A stretch of 63,997 nt of DNA, filler included, from Gonapodya sp. JEL0774 (lineage: Eukaryota), in the NCBI GenBank assembly GCA_027604505.1. It is 5 parts of 5 records of this genome, joined end to end, with 100 filler letters (N's around TTAATTAATTAA, not from the genome) between each part and the next. Parts side by side here need not be neighbours in the genome. Positions count along the whole stretch, not along the records: positions 13,029 to 25,912 come from JADIIX010000334.1; positions 26,013 to 38,884 come from JADIIX010000335.1; 3 more parts are not named here. One strand, given 5' to 3'. A model generated the notes under the pieces. The model ran no database searches, was not told where the DNA came from, and was given only the letters and a program-made list of their open reading frames with translations. Shown here piece after piece: positions 25,801-38,565 of the stretch (the stretch's first letter is position 1; the number at the start of each line of letters is the position of its first letter). A program made the translations under genes and the position numbers.

Positions 25801-25912
25801 TGGCCGCCTGAAACGCCATGGCCAGAGTCTGCTCGTTGATCTGCATGTTGGCCACCTGCTGCAGGGTGATTTCGGAACTCGCCGGCGTGCGGGGCGTCAC
25901 ACGGGAGGTGAT

Positions 25913-26012
25913 NNNNNNNNNNNNNNNNNNNNNNNNNNNNNNNNNNNNNNNNNNNNTTAATTAATTAANNNNNNNNNNNNNNNNNNNNNNNNNNNNNNNN
26001 NNNNNNNNNNNN
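25913..26012. other. Artificial contig-joining spacer
   Basis: N44-TTAATTAATTAA-N44. Confidence 0.99.
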
Positions 26013-26224
26013 AGTTCAAATTACCGTGAACGTGGCATTTTGGGACGACGATCAAAATCACAATATATTACCACTTGGTATATTGCCTAAAATACCCACC
26101 CCCCGTTACCATCCTGCGAAGTCGCCAGATTACCGATGGATGGTACGAGGGTGGGTATCAGGACGGTAATCTGCAGATTACCGATGAATTACCTGGAATG
26201 GTAACGGCCCAGTTTTTCCCAGTG
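26013..26224. mobile_element. Probable end of a CACTA/CMC-EnSpm DNA transposon
   Basis: Terminates in TTTTTCCCAGTG (reverse complement CACTGGGAAAAA), with about 8 subterminal (A/G)TTACC / GGTAA motifs in both orientations. Confidence 0.55.
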
Positions 26225-26748
26225 TAAGTCCGCACCAGCTATCAAGATACTTTGAATTCCCACTGGTAACTCAAGTCTGTGAGCTGCCCTGGCAGCAGAG
26301 GAGTGCTGCAGGATCTAAAAGATTCTAAATATCTTAGTTGCACCTGGCAGTGATCGCCCGCTGTGAAACTTGAGACTGTCAACAGACAATTTGCCACCTG
26401 TCCCATCCTCGGTGGTTAAAAACGTTGTCAAACATCTGCAGGATAGATAGTGATCTCGGGTGTATCTCGCATGTAACGTCGCCTTCTTGGACGTGGATAA
26501 TGGTAAATCTTGGTCTAACGAGATCCCGGAAGCGTCTGCACATCGCTGCCGCAACGCGTGTCGAACCAACACCAACCAACCACTCAAGTGAACTTGCACT
26601 ACCAGACGTAACAAACAATGACTATTGTATACAAACTTTACTTTTTACATATAAGCGAATGCGGACAAAGGGGTGCGGCGGAAAACACCGAATCTATGGA
26701 GTTACACGGGCGAATGGGAAAGTTGAAAAAGTCCACTTTGAAGCCGGC

Positions 26749-27620
26749 TCAGAGCTCGGTAGAAACGAGTTGGTGAATTATGCGCCGGGAAGTGATGAGA
26801 AATTGGAACCTGATTACGACAAATGGTTCGAATGCAACATCGAACGTATTATGTCAGAATGGAGCACTTCGGAGCACTTCACCATAAAATTTGATTGAAA
26901 CGATGGCTCACTCGATAACGAGTGAACTCACTTAGTCTGCTCCGTCATCGCGACTGCTTCGTGTGGGCTCCTGAGGTATTCATCAAGTGCTTCCTGGTTC
27001 TCCATACGGAACTGCACCGAGAAGTATCGCTTTTTCTCGGTTTCCTCAGAGAGCCAGTGAATACCGGGAGGTTTAGGCGTCGCATAGATTGAGGCAGAGA
27101 GGAATCCTGGTGGGTCGTGTTGGGAGACACAGGTATCGAACCCACGAATATGGGAGTTTGTTGACACAGCGGGAGAATGGAGACGATTCACACGGTAGAA
27201 GGGAGCAGGCATCGACCATTTTCGGATGGTAAGCTTTCAGTATCGCAACCCTCATGCCCAATCCTGAGCCCAACACAGTCCCCGCAACCCACCGGGTAGA
27301 CGGCTCACACTTTCCAGTGAATGATCCCTCATCCACTCCAGATAATCGCCCACCTTACTTTCAGGCACACTGACGTTGACCTCATAGACCACCGGACTGC
27401 GAGGATTAGGAAGGCAGGTCAGGCTTGGTCGCCTGACGGGGGAGGGCGACCGTGTGCTTTCAGATAAGCTGGTACCATTGGCAATCTTCTGGGAAGAATC
27501 CAGATCGATGAAAGCGTGGGAGGGAACTTCGGCGGCCTGCGCGACACTCATTGCGATGGAAGAGAGTGGACGGGACAACAGGAGTGACGTGGATTGATCA
27601 CTGAGTCTCTCCTCCACCAT
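26749..27620 (-). CDS. DUF4286-family protein (dimeric alpha+beta barrel; 3 exons)
   Basis: VVYEVNVSV...YLEWMRDH......LPGFLSA...FSVQFRMENQEALDEYL...KFQFLITSRRII matches the recalled DUF4286 pattern; introns 27292-27107 and ~26930-26810. Confidence 0.7.
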
Positions 27621-27907
27621 TTTCTCAAGCAGGAAACCGTTTTCCATAACCCAAGCCCCGCTAAGATCCACCAAGGTTTTTCTGGGCACGCATGTCACTT
27701 TTAAAGTTTTCGCGTGTCAACGATTTTACCGAGCGAAGCTTTCATTAGCTCGACCACGAGCTAAGGTAGACACTTGTCTTATGTTCTTGATTAGTACTTG
27801 ACTCCCCCGTTCGCTTTGTTGGACGGTTTGGTTTCTACATAAGTGGAAGATGCGGGTCCCACTAAACTGCTATCACCTTGGCTTTGAAAGTAAAGCCAAC
27901 ATCAACG

Positions 27908-29585
27908 ATGTCATCCAAGCCTCAAATGAAGCTCAACTTTCTAGGTGCCACCGGCTGCCGAGTCTCTGATATTTGCCTGGGTGCTATGACCTTTGGAGAT
28001 GGCTCCTCTCGATTCGGGGCAAGAATGGTGAGCCACCGATAATGCGTGATTGGACTTTCCACGAACCAACGCGAGTGACGCGGGTTCGGATAGCCTGTCG
28101 TCGAGAACGATGAGCTCTCCTTCAAGATAATGGACAAGTTTGTCAGCGCTGGTGGCAATTTTATCGTGAGTGCGGTCTTCGGCTCAATTTCATCCGACTG
28201 ACGACGAAGGAAATTGTATTCAAAACTGGTATGCGTGATCGCTATAGGACACAGCAAACGTCTATGGCAATGGATCCTCGGAAATCGTCGTTGGAAAGTG
28301 GCTTAAAACCAAGAAGCGGGACGACCTAGTGATCGCGACAAAGGTATACACCTCGAATCTATGTTGAAACATTCTGCAGACCCATTGAGCCCAATCGTTT
28401 GAATGCATTGCCTCTGCCAGGCGAACGGCCCCATGGGCTCTGGTCCGAACGACCAAGGCCTTTCAAGGAAGCACCTTGTATCGGCACTTGAATCATCACT
28501 GGAAAGGCTCGGAACGCCGTACGTCGACTTGTACCAGTGCCACGCTTTTGATTGGGGTCCACCACTGAGTGAGTGGTGCTTCTACTCTTCGGAGTTCCGT
28601 ATGTGTCTCCTTGTATGTATTTGACTTGTCCCGCCTGCACTTGGCAGAGGAAACTCTCAGTAAGTGCCACTGGACTAAAGAAAATCGTACTAAAATGGTA
28701 AATTACATTCATAACAGCCACCCTCAACGACTTTGTACGCTCGGGCAAGGTGCGCTACTTGGGCTGCTCCAACTTCTCTGCCTGGCAGCTTCAGGAGTCC
28801 CTCGACTTTCAAGACAAATACAACCTCGAGCCCTTCGTCTCAATTCAACAGCAGTATTCTCTGTTGGAGAGGAATTTGGAGTGGGATTTGGTGGATGTGT
28901 GCAAGAGGAACGGGGTAGCGATCGTGAGTGCCGTGCCTCACTCAGACGCATTAGCATCGTCTTTAAGTATTCATTACTTTGAACTCTCCCAGCTCCCATG
29001 GAGTCCACTCAAGTAAGCTAGGTGTGACGTCGACTCGTTCACACCTGTCAGGCTTCGCTGATGTAATTTTTGTTCTGGTCATTGCAGAGGCGGCGTTCTT
29101 GCGGGAAAGTTTAAGCGCGACACGAGCAAGGAAGCTATCGCTGGGTCTCGTATTGGCTGGGCGCAAACGGTTGGATGGAGTGAGGTGAGCACGTTTATAA
29201 GAGTGAATTGTCATACTAGAAGGGGTTACTAGCTCCCTAATACTCATATCCCAAATTCTGCATAACTGCCACAACGCCAAAGACCAATTATGACAACCAT
29301 GCCACGCCTCACACCTACGCCCTTCTTGATGAAATCTCGACCATCTCTCGCGAAGTCTCCCAACCCTTCGCTGCCGTTTCGCTCCGTTGGTGCGTTCAAA
29401 AGCCCGCGATCACCAGCACCATCATCGGCGCGCGTACCATGCAACAGCTTGACGACAATCTCGCTACGTCAAAGTTTACTCTGAATGAAGAGCAAATGAG
29501 AAGGTTGGACGAAAAGAGTTTCAAGGGGTTACCGTATCCATACAATTTGCAGGCATTTGGTAAGAGAACGAGGGGTAGATTGTAA
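27908..29585 (+). CDS. Aldo-keto reductase (aryl-alcohol dehydrogenase/YajO-like subgroup; multi-exon)
   Basis: [86 protein letters not shown]. Confidence 0.9.
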
Positions 29586-29913
29586 GAGATCTAGAGTGGT
29601 GATGCGTCATCCAAATGAAAGTTTTTGTATCCGGTCAGGGAAGAGTCTGAGTTGGCGGATGGTGTCCGTACAAATCACCAAACATACATCTAAATATACA
29701 CAACAAACTCATCGCGCTCCACGCACGTTAAAGCGCGCATCGCACTTACTTTACGGAGCTCTTTGATAGTGTGAACATCCGGGGTGTCCTTAATCGAACT
29801 GGTGAGTCGCGAGAGTGTGGTTGTACCTTTGTTTCGAATCAATCCGAACATCATCGGGATTCAAACATCCTACGCTTCCTACCGTGCATTTGCCTAGGCT
29901 AGAACCAACTGAA

Positions 29914-32620
29914 ATGGCTTCTCCTGTCACCGCTGGCGCATCGTCCGACAACAAGCCGAGCCCATGGGCTCTGGAACTTTCAGAAGAAGAAAGAAAGAAG
30001 CGCAGGACCAAGATAGTCGCGACGCTCGGCCCTGCTAGCACTCCCAGGATAAAGGAGTTGATTCTTGCCGGTATGTCGACTCGAGAAGCGGTTACCGTAC
30101 CGTGACGTCAGTGTATGTCGTGATCCGTTCATTCACCTCGCGAATTGCATTCAAACAGGCGTCAATGTATTCCGCCTTAACTTCTCTCACATTACCGACC
30201 CAAACACTCAGATCTTACCCGCAATCAAGGACATTCGGAAGTATAGCCGGGAGCTTAAAACTTCAGTCGCGATCTTGGGTGCGTTCACTCTCTGTCAAAA
30301 GCGGGTGGTCTAAGCTCTAGCACTAATCCATTTTTCGGCCCAAATGGGGTCTTTTCATAAAATTATAAGCCGACATGTCTGGCCCCAAGATCCGCTGCAA
30401 CGACTTCAACACGCCAACACATTCCATCAAGGTGAGGTCACACTCGAGGAACTACCAGCGAAAGTGGCAGACTCGAAAATTAAATCTCGAATCTGGAGGA
30501 TTTGTGACGTTTTTGCTTGGTCTTGGTAACCACCGATCTCGTGTGCTTTGTCCAATAATCATGCGTGTTTCACCCCATCCAAGGTCGTCTCCGGTCAACG
30601 TCTCCGCCTCCTGAACTCTCCGGAACCAGGTTCTGATGCGACCCCCGATGGCAAAACTCTTGCCACTTTTACGACCTCCATTAGCCAAGTTGTTCATCAG
30701 CTCGAGCCAGGGCACCGCATCCTCCTCGATGACGGGCAGTTGCTCCTGCGAGTAGTCTCTCGTGTCTCACAAGACGAGCTTATTTGTGAGGCCGTCAACA
30801 ACCGTGAACTCAAGTCCCGAAAGGGTATCAATGTACCGGATGTGCGGTTGGCTGTCCCAGCCGTGACCGACAAGGACAAGCGCGACCTGGCCTTCGCGTG
30901 GAAAATGCGCTGCGAATTTGTCGCCGAGTCATTTGTCCAGCGTGAGCAAGACGTCGTGTTGATGCGACAGTACATGGAAGAGTTCCGCCAAGAGGAGCTC
31001 GCCAAGCTTGCTGTTTCTGGTGGCCCCGTTCACCCGGATCCGAACACCTACCCTGCCGGCGCACTCGACCAAGACGAACCCATAGAAGATGGCTCCCTGC
31101 TGGTCAATTTGAAAGTATGGAGGCCACAGATCATCGCCAAGATCGAAACACCACACGCACTGGATGATATCGACGATATCATTCATCAGGCGGATGGAAT
31201 TATGGTGGCGAGGTATATCAACTTCTAACCTTGCAGACTTGGCCTCATATGTGACCAGATGTCCGCTTTGCTCGGTAGAGGTGATCTGGGTGTCGAGATT
31301 CCACTGCCTAAAGTTCCTTTGGCACAGAAAATGCTCATCGCCAAGACTAACGCTGCAGGTGCGCTGATACTTTGGATAAGATTGATCTGGGAATTGAAGC
31401 ATCCGTATGTCATCACTATAGAGAAACCGGTCATTACTGCCACGCAGATGCTCGAGTCGATGATCGAGGCGCCAAACCCTACGAGAGCCGAGGTAGGAAG
31501 TGGATCATATCTTTTGCCAAAATATTGTTTGATGATACACGGATTGCGCGCTAGGTCTCGGACGTGGCGAACGCCGTCTTTGACGGCACTGACGCGGTGA
31601 TGTTGTCCGCGTAAGTACGGTCGAAATGGAGGTTCCAATTCCAATATTCACACAATTCGCACTTTCAATTGACTGCTAGCGAGACCGCTTCCGGTAGTTA
31701 CCCTATAGATGCCGTGCGCTACATGTCCACTATCGCCCGCCATGCAGAGCTCTCGCTTTCTGCCTCCCGCCGCTCCATGTCCACTCTGACATCCGGTGGT
31801 CCCCATTACCACTCAGGTAGGTTTGGTCAAGTCGCTCGACCGGTGCCGGACGAGTTTGGTCACGCAGTGGCGGATGCTGCGGTGGCGGCAAGTGAACAGG
31901 CTCGTGCGGAGGCCCTTCTGGTCTTCACGGCAACAGGATATATGGCTGTGAGTTTTATTGCTAGGCAGATTTGAGTATGGTTCTTCTCGAAATCTTATAT
32001 TGCATTATCACAGAGGCTCATTAGCAAGCGGAGACCGCACACCAAGGTTTTGGCGGTCACTGGGAGCCGGAGCGTCTACCGGTAAGTTTTGGTGTCATCG
32101 GGAGGAGGCAGTCCCAATCCTCACTCTCTGTTGAATTTAACGTATTAGACGTCTGCAGCTGGTTTGGGGCGTTACTCCCATCTACTCACGCGCGTTGCGA
32201 GCTCCAACTCACGCAGAGACCCACACGAAGCCTGCAACCATAGACGAAGGCTCCGATCCCTCTGGTGAAGAAGCAGCCACAGATGTACGCAACCTTAGTC
32301 GCGCTGGCTCTGTGGGTGGGCATGCGGGCGCCCTTCCGTCCGTCGTGGGTAGTGTTGGTCCCGGAATGTCAACGGAAATCGTCCTCGCACAAGTCGAGCG
32401 TGACGTCATTGACGCGACTGGTCTCCACCCTGGCGCAGTGGTGGTGATCGCTGCTGGTTTCTTTGCTGATTTCCCTGGGCTCTCGTGCACCATCAGGATT
32501 GCTCGCATCGGTGACGTAGAGAAGGTGGTAGTGAGCAGGGTATGGGGTGACGGGATGAAGAAGTCGATTGAACGAGCGAGAGCTTCTTCATCGGCAGGAG
32601 AAGTGAGGGAACACAAATGA
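29914..32620 (+). CDS. pyk: Pyruvate kinase, bacterial-like K+-independent type (multi-exon)
   Basis: [96 protein letters not shown]. Confidence 0.93.
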
Positions 32621-32863
32621 TCATGGTTTTCTTGAAGATGGGAGGATATCATATTGTCGCTTGATCCTATGCAATGCATTCTGAATTACTGAACGTTACA
32701 TAAGAGTCGAACTTTTCGCAAAAGTCACCGTTAACGCAAACCGTGCACAACTACTCTTGGTGTGGAAACAAATGCATCCGTAGGCTTTGGTGATTGGTGC
32801 TGAGGCCGGTGTCATGGGGTGCCGACGTTCTCCAAAAACTTTTCCTCAAGAAAACATCGCTTG

Positions 32864-33473
32864 ATGTCATCAGGAATATCTCCAGGCGTGCTATGGGGAT
32901 CGATATTTGGCGGAATTGCCGGAGTTGCGGTCCTAGTTGCGGCTGTCTACACCTGCGTTGTCTGGCGACGTTTGAAGCTTCTCGAGGCCGCCGAGAAATC
33001 AGGTGAGCGCTCTCTCACAGAAGCAAAGTCGTAGGATGGAGTTAACTGAAGCTGCTTGGAATTGGCCCGTTTGCGTCCGGTTTTGCGCCGCCAAATTCGT
33101 ACCCTTTTCATGAATCCTTCCTGCTTTGGAAATCTCTCCCGTACATTCAGCCGACTCTCGTCCAGTTCTCCCACTACTTGCTCCTCCCGCATATCGTCCT
33201 CCTCCTATGGTCCCTTCCTCTCGCGCAAGCAGCTCAGCGGGTTCGATTGGTGGATCGAGTTCAGGCTTTGGCCCTGGTCGAAGAGACAGGCCAGAACGAG
33301 CTGGGACGCCACCGCAGGGTCACGTTGGGACCTTTTCTCTGAATGCGAGTCATGGCAAGAATGCTAGTGGAAGCGGCAGCCTGGTACCTATAAACGCTGG
33401 TGGCCCTTCGAATGCGAGTGGGAGCAGAGCTGCACCATCGAGGAGCGGGACAGAGAGCAGCGTTCAACCTTAG
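32864..33473 (+). CDS. Small single-pass membrane protein with Ser/Pro-rich cytoplasmic tail (exons 32864-33002, 33151-33473)
   Basis: Hydrophobic VLWGSIFGGIAGVAVLVAAVYTCVVW followed by RR; GT-AG intron in phase; PPAY motif. Confidence 0.5.
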
Positions 33474-33872
33474 CCTCGGACGTTTACCCGCATTTGCCCG
33501 GGATCTCATGCAGGGCTATATTCTATTGGAGCACCACCCCATGTCGACTGAACACGTTCGCTGTTCATGACTCACGCCAACAACTTGCGCATGAGCTTAA
33601 TTTGTTGCGTTTTACTGCTGGGGTCAACTGCGCGCACAATGTTGTACATTATCACGTTTGATTGTATTGGGCATTTCGCGACTGTAATTATTTCTTGGAA
33701 CTACCGTCAATTCAAATGCAATATGAAAAAGTAGACAGCCACAGCAGTACATCAGTGATCGCATGCAAGGAAGCATAGGATTTGTGTCTTCGCCTCACTA
33801 TGTATGTATGTGCAAACCAGCTTCGGGGCACATATTATAACAGCGCGCATTCCCGACAAGCGAAGTACAAAC

Positions 33873-35529
33873 ATGTCCAATGGAGATCCCAAAGACGCCG
33901 ATAACCCATACTTTGCATCCAATGACGACAATGAAGGAGAGGTGGGCTCAGAATCACCCACTTATTCTGCGGTGTGGGATTGTGATTGTTTCGCGGGCCT
34001 GTTCTTTCCGAAAGCTCTTAAGCGACGAGAACGACACGATAGAGCAAGATGAGGACGATGGCTATCCGTTGAGAATATGTGAGCTCCAATCGAGGCATAC
34101 GATGGTATCAGCATGAAAAACGTTTCAATCTCAATTCATAAAACTGTCTGGTTTCCGAATATTGTCCCAACTGCAATGGGAAACGCGAAGTCACATTCCC
34201 AGTGGGGCCTCTCTCCTGCAACTTTGTATGCGTCGCGGATAAATCTTCTCGAGAAGTGAGTCCTAATCGATCAAAGTACCAACCCAAATCCCTCATTAAC
34301 CATCACCTCCAGGCTCTCATTATCGATCCCGGAGGCCACCCGGAAGTCATTCTCCGCGAAGTCGCGTCGCGGGGATTTGTACCGACTCTAGTGTACCATA
34401 CACACGCCCATTTTGATCACGTTGGTGGTACTAGAATGGTTGCCGATGAGACTGGAGCGGAAGTTGGATTGGGTCATGAAGATAAGGTGAGTCTGACATT
34501 CCAACATGGTTAAATATTCACTATTTTCTGAGCAACAAGCGGCCGAATCCATTTTCAGTTCCTGTGGTCCCTCCTTCCGCGTGCATTCACCGCAGTTGGA
34601 ATGCCACAACCGCCCGAATCCCTCCCTCTCAACCCGTCGCTCTTCTACCGTCACGGAGACACCATCGTCCTTCCCAAGTCGGGTAAGGCGATCGGGAGAG
34701 TGATCCACACGCCTGGGCATACACCTGGGAGCTGCTGTTTCTACTTTGAGAACGGCGGCGAGGCTGTTGTGTGCACTGGAGACACATTGTTCCGGTAGGC
34801 GATTCTCATTTCTCACTCCGTCTTTGATTCGGTGTAGGAGAAATCTATCTCTAATGCATAACTTCTTGTCGCTACAATAGACGGTATATTGGCCGCACTG
34901 ATGTCCTTCTCTCATCATTGCCACAACTAAAACTATCCATCCTTCGACACCTCTACACCCTACCGCCCTCCACCACCGTGATACCCGGACACGGTGACCT
35001 AACAACGATCGAAGAAGAGAGAGACGGTAACCTTTTCGTGAGGCATTACACTAAGGAGGAAGAGATTCTGAAAGGAGAGGATATCAAGGAACAACAGGAA
35101 ACGGATAGAGTGAGGAGGTTGAAAGGTCTCAGGGCGCTGAAAAAGAAGAAGAGCGGTGGCAGTGACGGTGGATCAAACAACGGCTTGGGTGGCGCTGGAG
35201 GTGGTTCTGCAGGCACTCCGTTCGCAAGTGAACCCGATCCCACTTCAGACCATGATCCGGCTGGCATATCACCCAGCGATCTTCCCCTTGATATTGACGA
35301 CGACATGAGCGAGACCATTTCATCCTCGGCCGCGCTCACTGCAGCAGGCGATATGATTCGACGCCCACTAGCAGCGAGGACTCGACCAGTGGTGGAAATT
35401 CTTCATCTGAGTGATGCGGCAGCTGGACGTGGACTGGACGGTCACTTCAACAGGGGTTGTTGCTGTTCTGTGATGGAGGCAGTCCCAGGTCACCGCACTG
35501 ACGGAATCATGTTCGAATCGGTCCTCTGA
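33873..35529 (+). CDS. MBL-fold metallo-hydrolase, glyoxalase II-like (YcbL/GloC-type; multi-exon)
   Basis: FPVGPLSCN, LIIDPGG, HTHAHFDHVGG, HTPGHTPGS, TGDTLF, IGRTD, VIPGHG, TTIEEER. Confidence 0.88.
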
Positions 35530-35889
35530 GCTAGGGAAACGGGAGGGGAAGCAACGCTTTTGCTGCCTCAAATGTCTCATAAGTAGCAGCACGACTCGAA
35601 CATGCTCCTCAGGTTGTTCGAACAACTTTACTGATCGGTCATGGTGGAAGGGACTCTTTGGACTTGCCGACATGCACGGACATTACGGGTCTTTGCACAT
35701 TGGTGCGAACTTATCACCGAACTTTGAATACTTCCGTCTGTAGATTTGTTTTCAAGATACTGCGCAATATATTGTTGCTCCATCCGATTGTGGAATATAT
35801 TGGGGATGTTGTGCCTGCTCCACTACTTCCCAAAACGGTACAAGATCAAAACAGAATCCGGAGTAACACGCCGAACCCAACAACTTTCG

Positions 35890-38565
35890 ATGCTAGATGA
35901 CATTCTTTTCTTGATGATTGACCGAACCGCACGTTTGCGACTCCATGTCATCGCTCTCGCCATTGTGGGGAGTTGCGTAATTGGTTTCTCCGATTCCGCC
36001 ACTCTCAAGGTGGACAGCCCTGGAACAGGTGAATAGCGACAATGATGGAATCCTCTGCTTTAGTAAAAAACTACGCAGGATTTGTCTTTTGGCCATGTCT
36101 GCCGATGTCATGGCTCTATTTCGACCTTTGCCCCTTCTTCAAACCTTCTGATGTACTCAACCTCACCATGGATCCAATATTCCTTGATTCATCTCAGGCC
36201 TCACTGGTCTTGGTCTCTTTTCTTCCAACCATGCCACCACCTCATCTAGTCACCTGACGAAACGGCGGACTGGAGATTGCCTGACAGCATACCTTTCCTC
36301 CTGTGGTAACGGGACTGCCCAACTCTGCATCCCTGCGGCATACACATGCTGCACAGCAACGGGACTAGCCTGGTCGTGAGTGGAATCCAGAGGTGGTTCG
36401 ATATCGCACTATATGACGCTCAACTCAAAACGTGGCATCAAGGTGTCCTCCTGGTGCTACCTGTGGCACCACCGGCGGCTCTTGTAACAACTGCGCTCAG
36501 CTCTGTAACGGCCGGTGTCAGACGTGAGTGTTCTTCGCGCGAGTCGTGGTTCATGTCCCGATGATGACTTTCCCTGTTCCCCTGTGGCAAATCGTCATCG
36601 CAGTGAGCAGGGACTCCTCAACAGCTACTCTGACTGCGGTGGTGTGAGTACTCTACTTCAGTCTGACGGAATTTCTCCTTTTGTACTCACTTGCTCACCG
36701 TCTCGTTCTGAAACCTTTTCCAACCTTTCTCACAACTTGCAGTGTGGAAACGTCTGGTGAGTCGTTGTATCTTCCTATCAGCGCCATAGCATATATTCAC
36801 CACTGCGAAATTTTTCGAATTCCTCTTGCTCTCCCTGCAGTGCCGATCCGGTAAACGGGGCGGGTTATTGCACCCAAGGCAAATGCGGTTTCGGTGGGTG
36901 ATACTGGCATAAACCCCACTGACAGTCCGGGCTAATGGTGGCGCGATAATGTCAGCCTGTGAATCCGGCTATGTCTATGGGAACAATCTCTGCACGCGTG
37001 CATCGTCAACCACCCCGCCTCCACCACCTCCTTCATCGACTTCATCGACTCCCTCATCACCTCCTTCGTCTCCCCCTTCGTCTCCTCCGTCGACAAGCTC
37101 TGCCAACTCTGGGTAAGTTTTCGATGCACGTTTTTGACTTGCCACACTCTGACTCACGTTGACATACTTGCTAACCACTTTGACCAACAATCTCGCCTTT
37201 ATAGTTCCGATTCTTCATCGAACACTGGCCTTATCGCTGGTGTCGTTGGTGGAGTTGTAGCGGCAGCCCTTTTTGCCGGGCTGTTTGTATTCTTTTACCG
37301 TCGTAACAAAACAAAGGAACGGAAAGACGCTGCCGAAGTAGCAAAGGCCGCTCCCCCTGCTGCCATGCCGGCGGTGATACAAGGTGCACCTGGATCGGGT
37401 GTCGTGTATGTTGCGGTGCAAGCTCAACCGCCGTCGAGCGGTTATGTGAGCACTGTAGGCGGGTATGTATTCCTGCTCCGCTCCGTATGGACAGGAGACA
37501 ACCATAATTTTGATGCTTTGCTTCCTCCCTGTTCCAGTGTTTCCGCTCCTTCCGACGTCGGCTCCCAATCTCTCGCGAATAGCGCCAGCATGCCCCTCCT
37601 GGGCAACTTTTCCATGCAGTCTTCCACACTCTCTGACATGAGCTCGAGCACTCTGGGAACAGCCAACGCGGGAGGGTACCAGCCGCACGTGAGTTTTGTC
37701 CGGGAGTTCGGTGAAGCTGTCCAGAGCCTCGGTTGAGCTGAAACGGCCCCTGTGTCACCAGTGGTTCTTCATGAGAGTTGCAAGCGCGCAAGGAAGAGCA
37801 GAGGAACACCAAATCGCATATTCCGGTCAACCGATCGCTGCCGCGTCACAGGTGAGTGGGGAGACATGCCGGTGGCAACAACGCAAGTCCTGACTCTGTT
37901 CTGGTGCTCTTTTTCAGTACGACGCCCAGACCGAAGATGAAATCAGCCTTCTGCCAACTCAGCTTGTCGACGTGAAGACAATTTACCGTGATGGGTGGGG
38001 TGTTGGAGTGAACGTGAGTGTCATAATACTTCCGCATTTTGTGCATATTTTAACCCGCTCACGCTCGATGCCACCTTTGCAACTTGCCACCCCAAAGCTT
38101 GCGAGTGGAGGCTATGGTTTCTTCCCTCTTGATTGCCTGCGCCTCACCGACGTGCAAGGTGGAGGATCCCAAACTCTGGTTCAACCCTCCAGTTTCGCCA
38201 CCTCGTGGTCGTCAACCGTCATCCCTCGTCATGAGTCGGCGACTTTCTACGCACAGAGTAACTTCAATATGTCGAGGGCGCTCTACACTGGTGGACACAG
38301 CTTGGCGTTCCCAGGAGGAATGATGCATGCGGCGAGTTTGATGATGCAACCCCCCCAACAACAAGATGTCAAGGGACCAAATATGCCGGGGGAGGAGACG
38401 CAGGTGGCTCCAGAGGCGGATAAGGAAGGGAAAGAGGCTCCCAAGGTGGTACTGGAGGATCTGCCAGTGAAGGCGCCTGCAGTTGTCGAGGACATCAAGG
38501 AGGAGGTCAAGTCTCAGAGCGTGCCAGACGCTAACGAAACTCAAGCGACAAAATCCGAGGCGTAA
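35890..38565 (+). CDS. Type I membrane receptor-like protein: signal peptide, Cys-rich ectodomain, Ser/Pro stalk, TM, cytoplasmic SH3 (multi-exon)
   Basis: Spliced DCGGCGNVCADPVNGAGYCTQGKCGFACESGY; TM LIAGVVGGVVAAALFAGLFVFFY-RR; SH3 YDAQTEDEISL...DGWGVGVN...GFFPLDCL. Confidence 0.72.

Noticed and set aside
26425..26898. 157-aa plus-strand ORF
   Set aside because: Overlaps the last exon and intron of the better-supported minus-strand DUF4286 gene; no motif.
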